A DNA stretch of 64,000 nt from Escherichia coli (GCF_050920415.1 NZ_CP169309.1); one strand, 5' to 3'. Shown: positions 24,017-33,447, counted from the stretch's first letter. The notes: generated by a model from the sequence alone, not told the origin. A program made the numbers and translations.

Positions 24017-24023
24017 CGCCCGA

Positions 24024-24461
24024 TCATTTCAGGCATTGCGTCCTGATGTATTCCTGCAGGTAGTTAACCTGCGCGGTTATCTTGTCGATTCCACTTCTGA
24101 GACGGTAATAATTGAGTTCAGCATCTGCTGTAAGTCTTGGGCTTTCTCCATCGCCCATGCTGTTGGCTCCGGTCGTTGACTTTGCACAGGTGGCGGCGAC
24201 TTGCAGGCGCTTACGACCAGCAGAAACATCAGCACGGAGACTTTCGATAGTCGCATTAGCATCAGCAAGCTCCTTTGTGTATCTGGCGTCAAGTTCTGCT
24301 ACATCACGTTGACGCTTCTGCATGTCAGCGATTGTGGATGCGGCCTTATCGCGCTGTTCTTTGTAGGCGATGGCGTTATCACGGTAATGATTGACCGCCC
24401 ATGACAGACAGACGACGATGCAGATAATCAGAGCGGAGATAATCGCGGTGACTCTGCTCAT
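24024..24461 (-). CDS. Rz: i-spanin Rz (inner-membrane spanin subunit)
   Basis: 145-aa [34 protein letters not shown]... matches lambda Rz N-terminus, then diverges. Confidence 0.85.
   Translation of the reverse strand: MSRVTAIISALIICIVVCLSWAVNHYRDNAIAYKEQRDKAASTIADMQKRQRDVAELDARYTKELADANATIESLRADVSAGRKRLQVAATCAKSTTGANSMGDGESPRLTADAELNYYRLRSGIDKITAQVNYLQEYIRTQCLK
24077..24256 (-). CDS. Rz1: o-spanin Rz1 (outer-membrane lipoprotein) embedded in Rz in another frame
   Basis: ORF 24077..24292; [25 protein letters not shown]... lipobox LVVSAC and Pro-rich segment; start uncertain. Confidence 0.6.
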   Translation of the reverse strand: MRLSKVSVLMFLLVVSACKSPPPVQSQRPEPTAWAMEKAQDLQQMLNSIITVSEVESTR

Positions 24462-24933
24462 ACCTCAATCTCTCTAACCGTTCCGCCTGCTTCTTTGAAT
24501 TTTGCAATCAGGCTGTCAGCCTTATGCTCGAACTGGCCATAACCAGCGCCCGGCAGTGAAGCCCAGATATTGCTGCAACGGTCGATTGCCTGACGAATAT
24601 CACCGCGATCAATCATCGGCAAAGCGCCACGCTCCTTAATCTGCTGCAATGCCACAGCGTCCTGACTTTTCGGAGAGAAGTCTTTCAGGCCAAGCTGCTT
24701 GCGGTAGGCATCCCACCAACGGGAAAGAAGCTGGTAACGTCCGGCTGCTGTTGATTTGAGTTTGGGGTTTAGCGTGACAAGTTTGCGAGGGTGATGGAGT
24801 AATCAGTGAATAGCCCCCCGCCTACAATGACGTCATAACCATGATTTCTGGTTTTCTGACGTCCGTTATCAGTTCCCTCTGACCACGCCAGCATATCGAG
24901 GAACGCCTTACGTTGATTATTGATTTCCACCAT
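24458..24933 (-). pseudogene. R: endolysin R (lambda-type transglycosylase) with a 1-nt deletion frameshift near 24795
   Basis: From ATG 24933: [46 protein letters not shown] then out of frame to a stop; downstream frame (ORF 24458..24655) resumes HPRKLVTLNPKLKS...ALQQIKERGALPMIDRG...; span 476 nt. Confidence 0.7.
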
Positions 24934-25240
24934 CTTCTACTCCGGCTTTTTTAGCAGCGAAGCGTTTGATAAGCGAACCAATCGAGTCAGTACCGATGTA
25001 GCCGATGAACACGCTCGTTATATAAGCGAGATTGCTACTTAGTCCGGCGAAGTCGAGAAGGTCACGAATGAACCAGGCGATAATGGCGCACATCGTTGCG
25101 TCGATTACTGTTTTTGTAAACGCACCGCCATTATATCTGCCGCGAAGGTACGCCATTGCAAACGCAAGGATTGCCCCGATGCCTTGTTCCTTTGCCGCGA
25201 GAATGGCGGCTAACAGGTCATGTTTTTCTGGCATCTTCAT
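24917..25240 (-). CDS. S: holin/antiholin S (lambda S107/S105)
   Basis: 107-aa [70 protein letters not shown]... essentially lambda S. Confidence 0.93.
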   Translation of the reverse strand: MKMPEKHDLLAAILAAKEQGIGAILAFAMAYLRGRYNGGAFTKTVIDATMCAIIAWFIRDLLDFAGLSSNLAYITSVFIGYIGTDSIGSLIKRFAAKKAGVEDGGNQ

Positions 25241-25535
25241 GTCTTACCCCCAATAAGGGGATTTGCTCTATTTAATTAGGAATAAGGTCGATTACTGATA
25301 GAACAAATCCAGGCTACTGTGTTTAGTAATCAGATTTGTTCGTGACCGATATGCACGGGCAAAACGGCATGAGGTTGTTAGCGCAACCTCTTGCCACCCG
25401 CTTTCACGAAGCCAGCCATTGAGCTGGTTTTCTTTTATGCAAAGCACACCGCACCGTAGCCACAGCGGATAAGGTGATTATTTTGGTCTGTCTGGTATTT
25501 GGTTTGATGCGCTTTCAGAAAGGTCGTGCTTAAAA

Positions 25536-25568
25536 CGCAAAAAGCCCCGAGCTATTAACTCAGGGCTT
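25536..25568 (-). terminator. tR'-like rho-independent terminator downstream of pR'
   Basis: Minus strand: hairpin GCCCTGAG-loop-CTCGGGGC followed by TTTTTGCGTTTT. Confidence 0.6.
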
Positions 25569-25602
25569 TATTTAACGAGTGCATTTATCCATCGTTGAGT
25601 CA

Positions 25603-25631
25603 AATTTACCCAACTTTATTCAAAAAGTCAA
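25603..25631 (-). promoter_or_regulatory. late promoter pR' (-35 TTGACT, 17-bp spacer, -10 TAAATT) with overlapping qut region
   Basis: Minus strand TTGACTttttgaataaagttgggTAAATT immediately downstream of Q; matches lambda pR' closely as recalled. Confidence 0.7.
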
Positions 25632-25673
25632 TATCATGCCGTTAATATGTTGCCATCCGTGGCAATCATGCTG

Positions 25674-26297
25674 CTAACGTGTGACCGCATTCAAAATGTT
25701 GTCTGCGATTGACTCTTCTTTGTGGCATTGCACCACCAGAGCGTCATACAGCGGCTTAACAGTGCGTGACCAGGTGGGTTGGGTAAGGTTTGGGATTAGC
25801 ATCGTTACAGCGCGATATGCAGCGCTTGCTGGCATTCTTGAATAGCCGACACCTTTGCATCTTCCGCACTCTTTCTCAACAACTCTCCCCCACTGCTCTG
25901 TTTTGGCTATATCAACCGCACGGCCTGTACCGTGGCAATCTCTGCATCTTGCGCCCGGCGTCGCGGCACTACGGCAATAATCAGCATAAGCGAATGTTGC
26001 GAGCACTTGCAGTACCTTTGCCTTAGTATTTCCTTCGAGCTTTGCCACACCCCGGTATTTCCCCGATACCTTGTGTGCAAATTGCATCAGATAGTTGATA
26101 GCCTTTTGTTTGTCGTTCTGGCTGAGTTCGTGCTTACCACAGAATGCAGCCATTCCGAATCCGGCTTGTGATTGCGCCATCCCCATAGCAGCCATCACAT
26201 CAGTACCGGAAAGAGAGTCAGAAGCCGTGGCCCGTGGTGAGTCACTCATCATCGGGCTTTTTGGCGAATGAAATTTAGCTACGCTTTCTAGTCTCAT
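25674..26297 (-). CDS. Q: late antiterminator Q (lambda-type)
   Basis: 207-aa ORF MRLESVAKFHSPKSPMMSDSPRATASDSLSGTDVMAAMGMAQSQAGFGMAAFCGKHELSQNDKQKAINYLMQFAHK... matches lambda Q. Confidence 0.93.
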   Translation of the reverse strand: MRLESVAKFHSPKSPMMSDSPRATASDSLSGTDVMAAMGMAQSQAGFGMAAFCGKHELSQNDKQKAINYLMQFAHKVSGKYRGVAKLEGNTKAKVLQVLATFAYADYCRSAATPGARCRDCHGTGRAVDIAKTEQWGRVVEKECGRCKGVGYSRMPASAAYRAVTMLIPNLTQPTWSRTVKPLYDALVVQCHKEESIADNILNAVTR

Positions 26298-26482
26298 GGC
26301 CTTCCCCTTTTGCCCTGTTTGACCATCAGGACGCCGTTAACTATTACGTGACGCTCGCCTTTGCTGTCTCGGTTGTACTTGAGCACTGTTCCTCTTGCGC
26401 AGGAAAGCATCCTCGCCACTTCGGTCTGATTGCCTCGTGTCTGGATAAGAAGCTCTGGTATCGTTTGAATTGTGGCGTTCAT
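26294..26482 (-). CDS. ninH: NinH-like small DNA-binding protein
   Basis: 62-aa ORF MNATIQTIPELLIQTRGNQTEVARMLSCARGTVLKYNRD... resembles lambda NinH. Confidence 0.7.
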   Translation of the reverse strand: MNATIQTIPELLIQTRGNQTEVARMLSCARGTVLKYNRDSKGERHVIVNGVLMVKQGKRGRP

Positions 26483-26841
26483 ACGTTCTCCAGTTCGGTG
26501 ATTTTTATTCCAAGCCGTCCGCCTGGTACTTTCACACCACGAATTACGCGAATGTCATCGAATTGCTCGTCGTCTTCCGCAAATCCGGCGTGGATAAGGG
26601 AGTCGAGTAAACCCTTCAGGATGTTATCGAGGTCGCGGCGGCGGGAGTCTGGAACGTCTGCGATGACTTTGATGCGGAGTCGTGATTTGGTGAAAATGTC
26701 TAACTTAAGTTGGCGGATGATTTGCTGAACGTCTTTTCGGTATTTCTGGCCTTTATCGCTGATGTAGTATTGACTCCCCCGTCTTCGCCAGTAGGTGTTC
26801 AGCGACGGCGGGTATGGAAGCACAAACTGATATTCGTTCAT
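26479..26841 (-). CDS. rusA: Holliday junction resolvase RusA family
   Basis: 120-aa ORF with LPYPPSLNTYWRRRG...DVPDSRRRDLDNILKGLLDSL matching RusA motifs. Confidence 0.85.
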   Translation of the reverse strand: MNEYQFVLPYPPSLNTYWRRRGSQYYISDKGQKYRKDVQQIIRQLKLDIFTKSRLRIKVIADVPDSRRRDLDNILKGLLDSLIHAGFAEDDEQFDDIRVIRGVKVPGGRLGIKITELENV

Positions 26842-27128
26842 GGCTTAATCTTCCCCTCCTTCAGCAGTATCGCCTGCGTCCTTATCACGCCTTCGAGGTG
26901 GTAAAGTCTGGCGTCTTTGTTGTCGAGAATCCTTGTGCGTCGGTCGATCTCCGCGTGGCAGTCACTACAAGCCCATGCGCCGATCAGGTCGTCAGGTTTC
27001 ATTCCCGTTCCGCAAATTCCAGCCATCCGGTAATGTGCCAGAACTGTAGTTTCAGGATTGCCATTGCATACGCCGTAAATACGTACCTGGCATTCTCTGT
27101 TGCGCGCTTCTTTGCGTAGGTTAGCCAT
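26838..27128 (-). CDS. DUF1364 (YbcO-like) Cys-rich nin-region protein
   Basis: 96-aa ORF MANLRKEARNRECQVRIYGVCNGNPETTVLAHYRMAGICGTG...CSDCHAEIDRR resembling DLP12 YbcO. Confidence 0.7.
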   Translation of the reverse strand: MANLRKEARNRECQVRIYGVCNGNPETTVLAHYRMAGICGTGMKPDDLIGAWACSDCHAEIDRRTRILDNKDARLYHLEGVIRTQAILLKEGKIKP

Positions 27129-27850
27129 TAAGCAGCCTCCCCTGTTACTTTCAGCATTCCGTTATCGAGCAGCTTTCTGGTCAGCCACTGTTGACCACGC
27201 CCGGTGATTTTTGTGGTGAACGATATCTGTATTCCGTGATTTGTGTTGACCGCTGTTTCTTTCACTGTGAAATAGCCGCGATCCATATATTCCTGCATTG
27301 GCACATTGCGCCGGGAACCTGAAGCAATAAGGATTTTGTGATCACGCATCCACGCAAACAGTTTGTTTGGACCAATACCGACAACCTTTGCAAAGTTTCC
27401 AATCAAAATTCCGCTGGCCTCGCCAACGCGATCGGCAAACTCAACTTTAGGTGCGGCAATTGCGAGCTGGTTTTCCAGTTGCATTTTCTGCTCAGCAAGA
27501 TCAGCAGCAAGGCGCAACGCTTCTGGTAGCGTTTTGGGGATATTAACCGCAGTTTCCTCAAGCTCTCGCCAACGGTCAACAAGACGAGCGGTGAATTCCG
27601 GCGACAACTGGGCAACAACGACAATACTGTCTCGCTTACCTTGTTCGCCTTCGAAGACGTAATGCTCGTACTGAACATTGAACCCTAAGTTATTGATTCT
27701 TTCGGAAACCTCAATTTGAGGAAGCCGGATAACACCATTTTTAGCCAGCGTTTCGATGGTACGTTTCACATTGTCTTGACGCTTACCCACCAACTCAGCG
27801 ATTTCAATGCTTGTCATTTTGATAGCATTGCCATTTATTAACTCATTCAT
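27128..27850 (-). CDS. Roi/antirepressor-like DNA-binding protein (Rha-type N-terminus, KilAC-type C-terminus)
   Basis: 240-aa ORF in nin region; assignment by composition and position. Confidence 0.45.
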   Translation of the reverse strand: MNELINGNAIKMTSIEIAELVGKRQDNVKRTIETLAKNGVIRLPQIEVSERINNLGFNVQYEHYVFEGEQGKRDSIVVVAQLSPEFTARLVDRWRELEETAVNIPKTLPEALRLAADLAEQKMQLENQLAIAAPKVEFADRVGEASGILIGNFAKVVGIGPNKLFAWMRDHKILIASGSRRNVPMQEYMDRGYFTVKETAVNTNHGIQISFTTKITGRGQQWLTRKLLDNGMLKVTGEAA

Positions 27851-28019
27851 CGTCTTCTTCCTCGTACATTGAGCTATTCGGATCGCTCATCAGTTCTGCG
27901 CAGCAATCTGAGCACACGTGAACTTCCAGCACATGCAGCTTCTGACCGCAGTTAGCGCACGTTAAAGCTCGCTCGACGCTTTCTTTCTGGTATTGAAGGG
28001 ATTGGGATGGGCTAAGCAT
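27843..28019 (-). CDS. ninF: NinF
   Basis: Hand-translated 58-aa [61 protein letters not shown] matches lambda NinF; below ORF-track cutoff. Confidence 0.75.
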   Translation of the reverse strand: MLSPSQSLQYQKESVERALTCANCGQKLHVLEVHVCSDCCAELMSDPNSSMYEEEDDE

Positions 28020-28359
28020 TATTGGCGTCCTGCATCATGAGAAAGACAATCATGGCGGCGCGGAGAGGTCTGGTATCAAATATTGGGCTTACGCCTTTTG
28101 CATCCACACACCATTCAGTTAACTGGTCTAAGATAGAAATCCTGTGTTTCTCAATAATCGGCCATGAGGCACTCGGATCATTGCAGTAGTCAGGTAAATG
28201 GTTTAATGGCTCAAAAGTTGTATCAGCGTTTCCGTAATACCATTTGTTGGTATTATTCCCTGACGTTTCCGGCTTACATGCCCAAAGGCCCTTAAAAATT
28301 ATGTCTCCTACCATTCTGTTAATTTCAAAATCACTTAACTGTGAATAATCCATTGTCAT
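28012..28359 (-). CDS. nin-region hypothetical protein (NinX-like position)
   Basis: ORF 28012..28395; start uncertain (internal Met MTMDYSQ...). Confidence 0.45.
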   Translation of the reverse strand: MTMDYSQLSDFEINRMVGDIIFKGLWACKPETSGNNTNKWYYGNADTTFEPLNHLPDYCNDPSASWPIIEKHRISILDQLTEWCVDAKGVSPIFDTRPLRAAMIVFLMMQDANNA

Positions 28360-28532
28360 TTCCTCGCACGATGTCTTAGCCACCGGATATCCCACAGGTG
28401 AGCCGTGTAGTTGAAGGTTTTTACGTCAGATTCTTTTGGGATTGGCTTGCGTTTATTTCTGGAGCGTTTCGTTGGAAGGTATTTGCAGTTTTCGCAGATG
28501 ATGTCGGTGAAACTTCGTCGCTGTCGTCTCAT
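28356..28532 (-). CDS. ninD: NinD-like zinc-finger protein
   Basis: ORF 28356..28592; C-terminal [47 protein letters not shown]; start placed at Met overlapping ninB stop. Confidence 0.6.
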   Translation of the reverse strand: MRRQRRSFTDIICENCKYLPTKRSRNKRKPIPKESDVKTFNYTAHLWDIRWLRHRARK

Positions 28533-28969
28533 GCCGCCCTGTCTCCCCATCGCGCTTTCCATTCGAGAGCCAGTCGCGCTTCGTCTGACCACTTAACGCC
28601 ACGCTCTGTACCGAATGCCTGTATAAGCTCTAATAGCTCCGCAAATTCGCTTACACGCATCCTGCTGGTTGACTGGCCTATTACCACAAAGCCATTCCCG
28701 GCAAGGTTAGGAACAACGTCCTGCTGCTTTAATGCTGCGGTAAAAACGCACTTCCAGCTTTCTGCATCCAGCCAGCGACCATGCCATTCAACCTGACGAG
28801 AGACGTCACCTAAGCAGGCCCATAGCTTCCTGTTTTGGTCTAAGCTGCGGTTGCGTTCCTGAATGGTTACTACGATTGGTTTGGTTGGGTCTGGAAGGAT
28901 TTGCTGTACTGCGTGAATAGCGTTTTGCTGATGTGCCGGAGATCGAATTTCAAAGGTTAGTTTTTTCAT
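28529..28969 (-). CDS. ninB: NinB recombination protein
   Basis: ORF 28529..28987; from [66 protein letters not shown]... matches lambda NinB. Confidence 0.88.
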   Translation of the reverse strand: MKKLTFEIRSPAHQQNAIHAVQQILPDPTKPIVVTIQERNRSLDQNRKLWACLGDVSRQVEWHGRWLDAESWKCVFTAALKQQDVVPNLAGNGFVVIGQSTSRMRVSEFAELLELIQAFGTERGVKWSDEARLALEWKARWGDRAA

Positions 28970-29042
28970 GACTTCCCTCTCCCCCAAATAAAAAGGCCTG
29001 CGATTACCAGCAGGCCTGTTACAAGCTCAGTGATGTAGATGG

Positions 29043-30419
29043 TCATACGTCAGCCCCTTGTGCATATCGTCTGCCACGCGCAGCAGGTGCATTTGATGCT
29101 GTGCAAATCTGTCTGGCTTCATCCTGGTCACATGCCACAAAGTGTCCGTTGCAGAACCGCTGGTAAACCGTACCAAGCGAGCCAAAACGGTTTTTCGTCA
29201 CGATGATTTCAGCAAATGGCGCGGCGCTACTGTTCTCGTCATATACCGCTTCCCGATAGAGCATGATGATTGAGTCTGCGTCCTGTTCAATGCTTCCTGA
29301 ATCACGCAAATCTGCGTTTGTCGGGCGTTTATTTGGTCGCTTCTCAACATCGCGCGAAAGCTGACTTAGGGAGATAACAGGCGTTTTCAGGTCTTTCGCC
29401 ATCGCCTTCAGGCTTCCGGAGATGTGAGCAATTGCGAGGTCGTTGCGATCTGCTTTCGGCTTCTCAATCAGGCCAAGATAATCCGCCATGATGAGTGACA
29501 GGTTTGGATTTTCCTGTTTGTGCCGTTCTGCGATTGAGCGTATTTCTTCGACCGATAACCGCGAGGCATCGACTACCCATACATCCAAATCTGCAAGCTG
29601 ACTCATGCCGTTAGCAACACGCGCCCAGCCTTCGTCATCCATCGATGCAGGATTTCGCAGCACGCTAACCGACATCCTCCCGGCGTTGGCGATGCTTCGC
29701 TCTGCAATCTGCAATGCGCTCATTTCCATCGAGAAAATCAATACTCCGCGCCGGACGTCATAACCAGGAATAACGCGGCTTGCAACGCCTTCGGCAATCT
29801 TCAGCGCCAGTTCGGTTTTCCCCATACCAGGACGAGCAGCGATTATCACCAGGTCTTCTGCGTTCATCCCTCCGGTGATGGCATCAAGTTCTTCGATTCC
29901 GGTCTTCAGGGTATCGGACTCTTCTCCGTTCCTCAGACGCCTGTCAAGCGTGTCAGTGTAGTCAGTAATGATTTCCCATAACCGTACAGGTTTTACCTCG
30001 TCACGGGGCTTTCTGATGGCTGAAAGACGCTTTACAAGTTCATCCATCGCCTGACTCGATGCGTCGATGGTTCCGCTCTGAATTGGTTCACGCATTTCAT
30101 CCATGATTTCCAGCACCAGACGGCGGTGAAAGTTATCCGCGACCATTCCGGCATATCCCTTCAGGTTTGCGGCACTCGGGCAGTTTTTGCTGGTCATCAG
30201 GATTGACGTGAAATGCTCCTCTCCGCACGCCTCGGCAACCATCAGCGCGTCGATTAGGTTTCTGTTTCTCGCCTGCTTGCGGATAACCTCGAAGGCTTTC
30301 CGGTAGAGCGGAATTGAAAACGCTTCCGGCTCCAGCGTTGCCAGAACGTCACTGGCAGTTGGTGTTAATCCACCAATCAGCAGGCCACCGATAACGCTCG
30401 CTTCGATATCCTGTTTCAT
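29043..30419 (-). CDS. replicative DNA helicase (DnaB family; P22 gene 12-like)
   Basis: 458-aa ORF with Walker [18 protein letters not shown] and DnaB C-terminal motifs. Confidence 0.85.
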   Translation of the reverse strand: MKQDIEASVIGGLLIGGLTPTASDVLATLEPEAFSIPLYRKAFEVIRKQARNRNLIDALMVAEACGEEHFTSILMTSKNCPSAANLKGYAGMVADNFHRRLVLEIMDEMREPIQSGTIDASSQAMDELVKRLSAIRKPRDEVKPVRLWEIITDYTDTLDRRLRNGEESDTLKTGIEELDAITGGMNAEDLVIIAARPGMGKTELALKIAEGVASRVIPGYDVRRGVLIFSMEMSALQIAERSIANAGRMSVSVLRNPASMDDEGWARVANGMSQLADLDVWVVDASRLSVEEIRSIAERHKQENPNLSLIMADYLGLIEKPKADRNDLAIAHISGSLKAMAKDLKTPVISLSQLSRDVEKRPNKRPTNADLRDSGSIEQDADSIIMLYREAVYDENSSAAPFAEIIVTKNRFGSLGTVYQRFCNGHFVACDQDEARQICTASNAPAARGRRYAQGADV

Positions 30420-31363
30420 GCAATCCCCCTGTCTGCAAACTTCCCTTCCCGTACTCCCGTTAACGAATCTTCCCTCAACAGGTAATCAAAATCAGCTGTC
30501 CAGCCCGTGTCGTTGTCTCCGAAGTAAAACGGCTTGGCCTGATGCACAAACGCCCTGACATACGCTCTGAAACCGTCCACGTTTGGCGTTTTCAGCTGCG
30601 GGATGATTTTCTTCAGGCGGCGTTTTCGTTTCTCGTTGACCGCAACAGCGTGTGGAAGTCTGTCACCGACTTCGGTGTTGTAGGCGTTCAGGAAGGATTC
30701 GTAGTCGATTCGTTCTGCCTTGCGACGTTCAGGTTTAACCTGCCCATCGCCTCCCCCATTGGGGGGTAGGGGGGTATTATTTATATTCTTGTTAATACCT
30801 TCTTGTTCATGATGTGCGGTTGTTTGTGCGGCTTCATGTGCGCTTTCATGTGCGGCATGTACGCTGAAAGCCGCACCATTACTGGCTTCATCATGTGCGG
30901 AATCATGTGCGGTTGTTTGTGCGGCTTCATGTGCGGGTGAATTGTCCATTTTTTGAGCGTATTCATGGTAATTTGTGATGGTGATCACACGACCTTTTTG
31001 CTTCTCTCCATCAATGGTGATCATCCCCTCTTTCACAAAAACCTGAAGCATCCGCTCAACCTGATCACGGCTTGCCGGCTTGCCATGCCTGTCGCATAAC
31101 TGAAGACCTAAATCAGCTGCTGTCACAACCAGTTGACCGGGTTGCAGATGCCATTCATGACCTTTGAAATTCGCTTTGTATGGCTTTCTGGCGGCATTCA
31201 GGAGAAGGTTTTCCCACAGGGTGCGAAGATAAACATCTTTCGCCCATGACTGTTTCAGAATGCTCCGGTACAACGGAATGTAACCAGTTTTCTGGTTCTC
31301 CATCCTGTTGCTCCTGCGCTCGTGTGCGGCGCTGAAATCGTAGATTTTTGCTGTATTGCTCAT
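30416..31363 (-). CDS. replication initiator (lambda O / P22 gene 18-like) with internal origin
   Basis: 315-aa ORF; central His/Ala-rich repeats encoded by iteron DNA; sits immediately upstream of helicase. Confidence 0.7.
   Translation of the reverse strand: MSNTAKIYDFSAAHERRSNRMENQKTGYIPLYRSILKQSWAKDVYLRTLWENLLLNAARKPYKANFKGHEWHLQPGQLVVTAADLGLQLCDRHGKPASRDQVERMLQVFVKEGMITIDGEKQKGRVITITNYHEYAQKMDNSPAHEAAQTTAHDSAHDEASNGAAFSVHAAHESAHEAAQTTAHHEQEGINKNINNTPLPPNGGGDGQVKPERRKAERIDYESFLNAYNTEVGDRLPHAVAVNEKRKRRLKKIIPQLKTPNVDGFRAYVRAFVHQAKPFYFGDNDTGWTADFDYLLREDSLTGVREGKFADRGIA
30805..30940. repeat. origin-like iteron array (about 8 copies of a TGTGCGG-core ~12-bp unit; 31-bp direct repeat at 30811 and 30904) with adjacent AT-rich tract
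   Basis: Repeated tcatgtgcgg / tgtttgtgcgg units inside the initiator gene; AT-rich segment 30770-30805. Confidence 0.65.
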
Positions 31364-31365
31364 AA

Positions 31366-31638
31366 CTACCTGCCTTGACGAAAGACCTTAAGAACATCGT
31401 TAAACTGACTTACGGATATGTCTTCTTTGAGAAGCTTTTCCAGAAATGCGTTTGGAATGAACGTATATCCCTCCTCTTTTGGTAGAGACGGGAGCAACGC
31501 CCTCGCCTCAGCCTTCAGAAGCTCAGTTCTGGCAACTTTCACAAAAGAGATTTGAGTTCTTTCATCAATGGAACGAAGGAAGCGCAAACGCTTAGCTTCT
31601 TTGTGTGTATCAGGTGGATTAAAGCCTTTGTTTCGCAT
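31366..31638 (-). CDS. hypothetical 90-aa protein between cII and the initiator gene
   Basis: ORF 31366..31911, start placed at internal Met MRNKGFNPPDTHKEAKRLRF... to avoid overlap with cII. Confidence 0.4.
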   Translation of the reverse strand: MRNKGFNPPDTHKEAKRLRFLRSIDERTQISFVKVARTELLKAEARALLPSLPKEEGYTFIPNAFLEKLLKEDISVSQFNDVLKVFRQGR

Positions 31639-31660
31639 ATAATTACCTCGTTGGATGTTG

Positions 31661-31954
31661 TTAAAATTCCATTTGTATTTGATCAGAACGCTCGGTTGCC
31701 GCCGGGCGTTTTTTATTGGTGAGAATCGAAGCAACTTGTCGTGCCAATCGAGCCATGTCGTCGTCAACGACGCCCCATTCAAGAACAGCAAGCAGCATTG
31801 AGAACTTTGGAATCCAATCCCTCTTCCACCTGCTGATCTGCGACTTATCAACTCCCACAGCTTCCGCTGTCTTCTCAGTTCCAAGCATTGCGATTTTGTT
31901 AAGCAACGCACTCTCGATTCTTAGAGCCTCGTTGCGTTTGTTTGCACGAACCAT
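31661..31954 (-). CDS. cII: transcriptional activator CII (lambda-type)
   Basis: ORF 31661..32041; from MVRANKRNEALRIESALLNKIAMLGTEKTAEAVGVDKSQISRWKRDWIPKFSMLLAVLEWGVVDDDMARLARQV... matches lambda CII. Confidence 0.9.
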   Translation of the reverse strand: MVRANKRNEALRIESALLNKIAMLGTEKTAEAVGVDKSQISRWKRDWIPKFSMLLAVLEWGVVDDDMARLARQVASILTNKKRPAATERSDQIQMEF

Positions 31955-32012
31955 ATGTAAGTATTTCCTTAACAAATAAGAAGTTATGCGCATCAACTTA
32001 TGCGCGTTGTAT

Positions 32013-32056
32013 TCCCGCATTTCGGCGGGAATGAGGACCATGACTGTTAAAGAGCG
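32013..32056 (-). promoter_or_regulatory. nutR (boxA CGCTCTTTAACA + boxB hairpin TCCCGCCGAAATGCGGGA)
   Basis: Read on minus strand just downstream of cro; boxB identical to the nutL copy. Confidence 0.7.
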
Positions 32057-32063
32057 GTGTTAC

Positions 32064-32288
32064 TTATGCTGCCTGATTCGGTTTTGGAAACAGGTGTGGC
32101 AAATCGGGGCGAATTTCGTAAGCCTTGATCTGCCCTCCAGTGGCGTTAACGATGGCGGTAACTTTCTCTGGAGAGACCAATCCGCCTTTCAGCCATTTGT
32201 GTACTGCTGGCTGCGTTACACCACACTTGTCGGCAAGGCGCTTTTGGCTACCGACAATTTTCAAGGCTCGTTGAATTACTAAATTCAT
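32064..32288 (-). CDS. Cro-like HTH repressor
   Basis: ORF 32064..32309; MNLVIQRALKIVGSQKRLADKCGVTQPAVHKWLKGG...; divergent from repressor gene; start chosen by SD spacing. Confidence 0.7.
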   Translation of the reverse strand: MNLVIQRALKIVGSQKRLADKCGVTQPAVHKWLKGGLVSPEKVTAIVNATGGQIKAYEIRPDLPHLFPKPNQAA

Positions 32289-32312
32289 GAGCATACCTCT
32301 TGTGGTCATTGA

Positions 32313-32390
32313 TTATAACCAAAGATAACTCAAGTTATAAAAAATAGCAATAACCTTTGTTATTTTACTTTGGATAACCGTAGTTATAGA
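32313..32390. promoter_or_regulatory. OR operator cluster with pR/pRM: three 14-bp palindromes ATAAC-N4-GTTAT
   Basis: ataactcaagttat (32325-32338), ataacctttgttat (32350-32363), ataaccgtagttat (32374-32387); putative pR -35 TTGCTA / -10 TATCTT on minus strand. Confidence 0.65.
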
Positions 32391-32399
32391 TTTGTGGGT

Positions 32400-33107
32400 A
32401 TGAAAACATTCGCAGAAAGACTAAATGCAGCCATGAGCTTAGCTGGGGTATCACAATCACAGCTTGCAGACATGGTTGGAATATCTCAGCCAGCCATACA
32501 GAAGATGTCGTCCGGTAAAACAAACGGATCTCGCAAGATGGTTGAATTAGCCAATGCTTTAAAAGTGCGCCCTGAATGGCTTAGTTCTGGTATTGGTGAA
32601 ATGAGGGATGGTGCACATGAAGAACCATCCAATGTCCGTGAGTCATCTTTAAAAGCTGTGGTATGGGAAGACATTAAAAGAAACGATGACGAGTTTGTTG
32701 CGTTGCCTCTTCTTAACGTTTCGCTTTCAGCTGGAAGCGGTAGCTGCGAGCTAGAGGAATCATCGGAGTTCTCTTTGGTTTTCAGAAAGCACTATCTGAA
32801 AAAGATGGGAGTATCTGAAAGATCAGCCAAGCTAGTTAGGGTTGTAGGGCAAAGCATGGAACCTACGCTTCACGATGGCGATGTTGTTGGTGTTAACACG
32901 CAAGATACCACAATCAGAGATGGTAAAACCTACGCTATTTGCCAGTCTGATTTGTTACGAGTAAAAACATTAATCGCCACCCCTACATCGGTGATAATCA
33001 GATCAATAAATCGCGAAGAGTACCCGGATGAAGTAATGGATAGAGATGAATTTCATGAAACCGTAAGGATTATTGGCAGAGTATTCTGGTCGTCTCATAG
33101 TTGGTAA
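32400..33107 (+). CDS. CI-type prophage repressor (N-terminal HTH, C-terminal LexA/S24 autocleavage domain)
   Basis: ORF 32370..33107; MKTFAERLNAAMSLAGVSQSQLADMVGISQPAIQKM... and C-terminal GQSMEPTLHDGDVVGV motif. Confidence 0.85.
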   Translation: MKTFAERLNAAMSLAGVSQSQLADMVGISQPAIQKMSSGKTNGSRKMVELANALKVRPEWLSSGIGEMRDGAHEEPSNVRESSLKAVVWEDIKRNDDEFVALPLLNVSLSAGSGSCELEESSEFSLVFRKHYLKKMGVSERSAKLVRVVGQSMEPTLHDGDVVGVNTQDTTIRDGKTYAICQSDLLRVKTLIATPTSVIIRSINREEYPDEVMDRDEFHETVRIIGRVFWSSHSW

Positions 33108-33147
33108 CCGATAATCAGAAGAAGACTTACGGAAGTGCGGAGGGATA

Positions 33148-33444
33148 ATGGAATTTCTGATAGTTTTTGTTGTTGTTTTGGTCATCATTCTTTTTGTTTT
33201 GCTAAGCATTAGCAAAAAGCTATCTCAAATGATTGAACATAGCTCTAATCGCGCAAAAGAAGAAGAGCATCTAATTGATATAAAAGAGATTCTCTCTGAT
33301 ATAAAAATCACATTAGATGAAATAAAATACACAACAGATCTAATTGAACAGTATAAAATACCAACCCCAAACGAGAGAAAATCAATAGATCAATATCGTA
33401 TTGACTTAGAAATCGACGAAATGCTAAGCAACAGAAAGGACTAA
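33148..33444 (+). CDS. 98-aa single-pass membrane protein co-transcribed with repressor (candidate superinfection-exclusion/abortive-infection moron)
   Basis: SD GGAGGG then ATG 33148, 40 nt after cI stop; MEFLIVFVVVLVIILFVLLSISKK... TM helix then charged helical tail; very AT-rich; terminator follows. Confidence 0.6.
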   Translation: MEFLIVFVVVLVIILFVLLSISKKLSQMIEHSSNRAKEEEHLIDIKEILSDIKITLDEIKYTTDLIEQYKIPTPNERKSIDQYRIDLEIDEMLSNRKD

Positions 33445-33447
33445 AAA

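Noticed and set aside
30781-30966. ORF encoding [25 protein letters not shown]... on the minus strand
   Set aside because: Its periodic HM/KPH pattern is produced by translating the origin iterons in an alternative frame of the initiator gene; not an independent gene.
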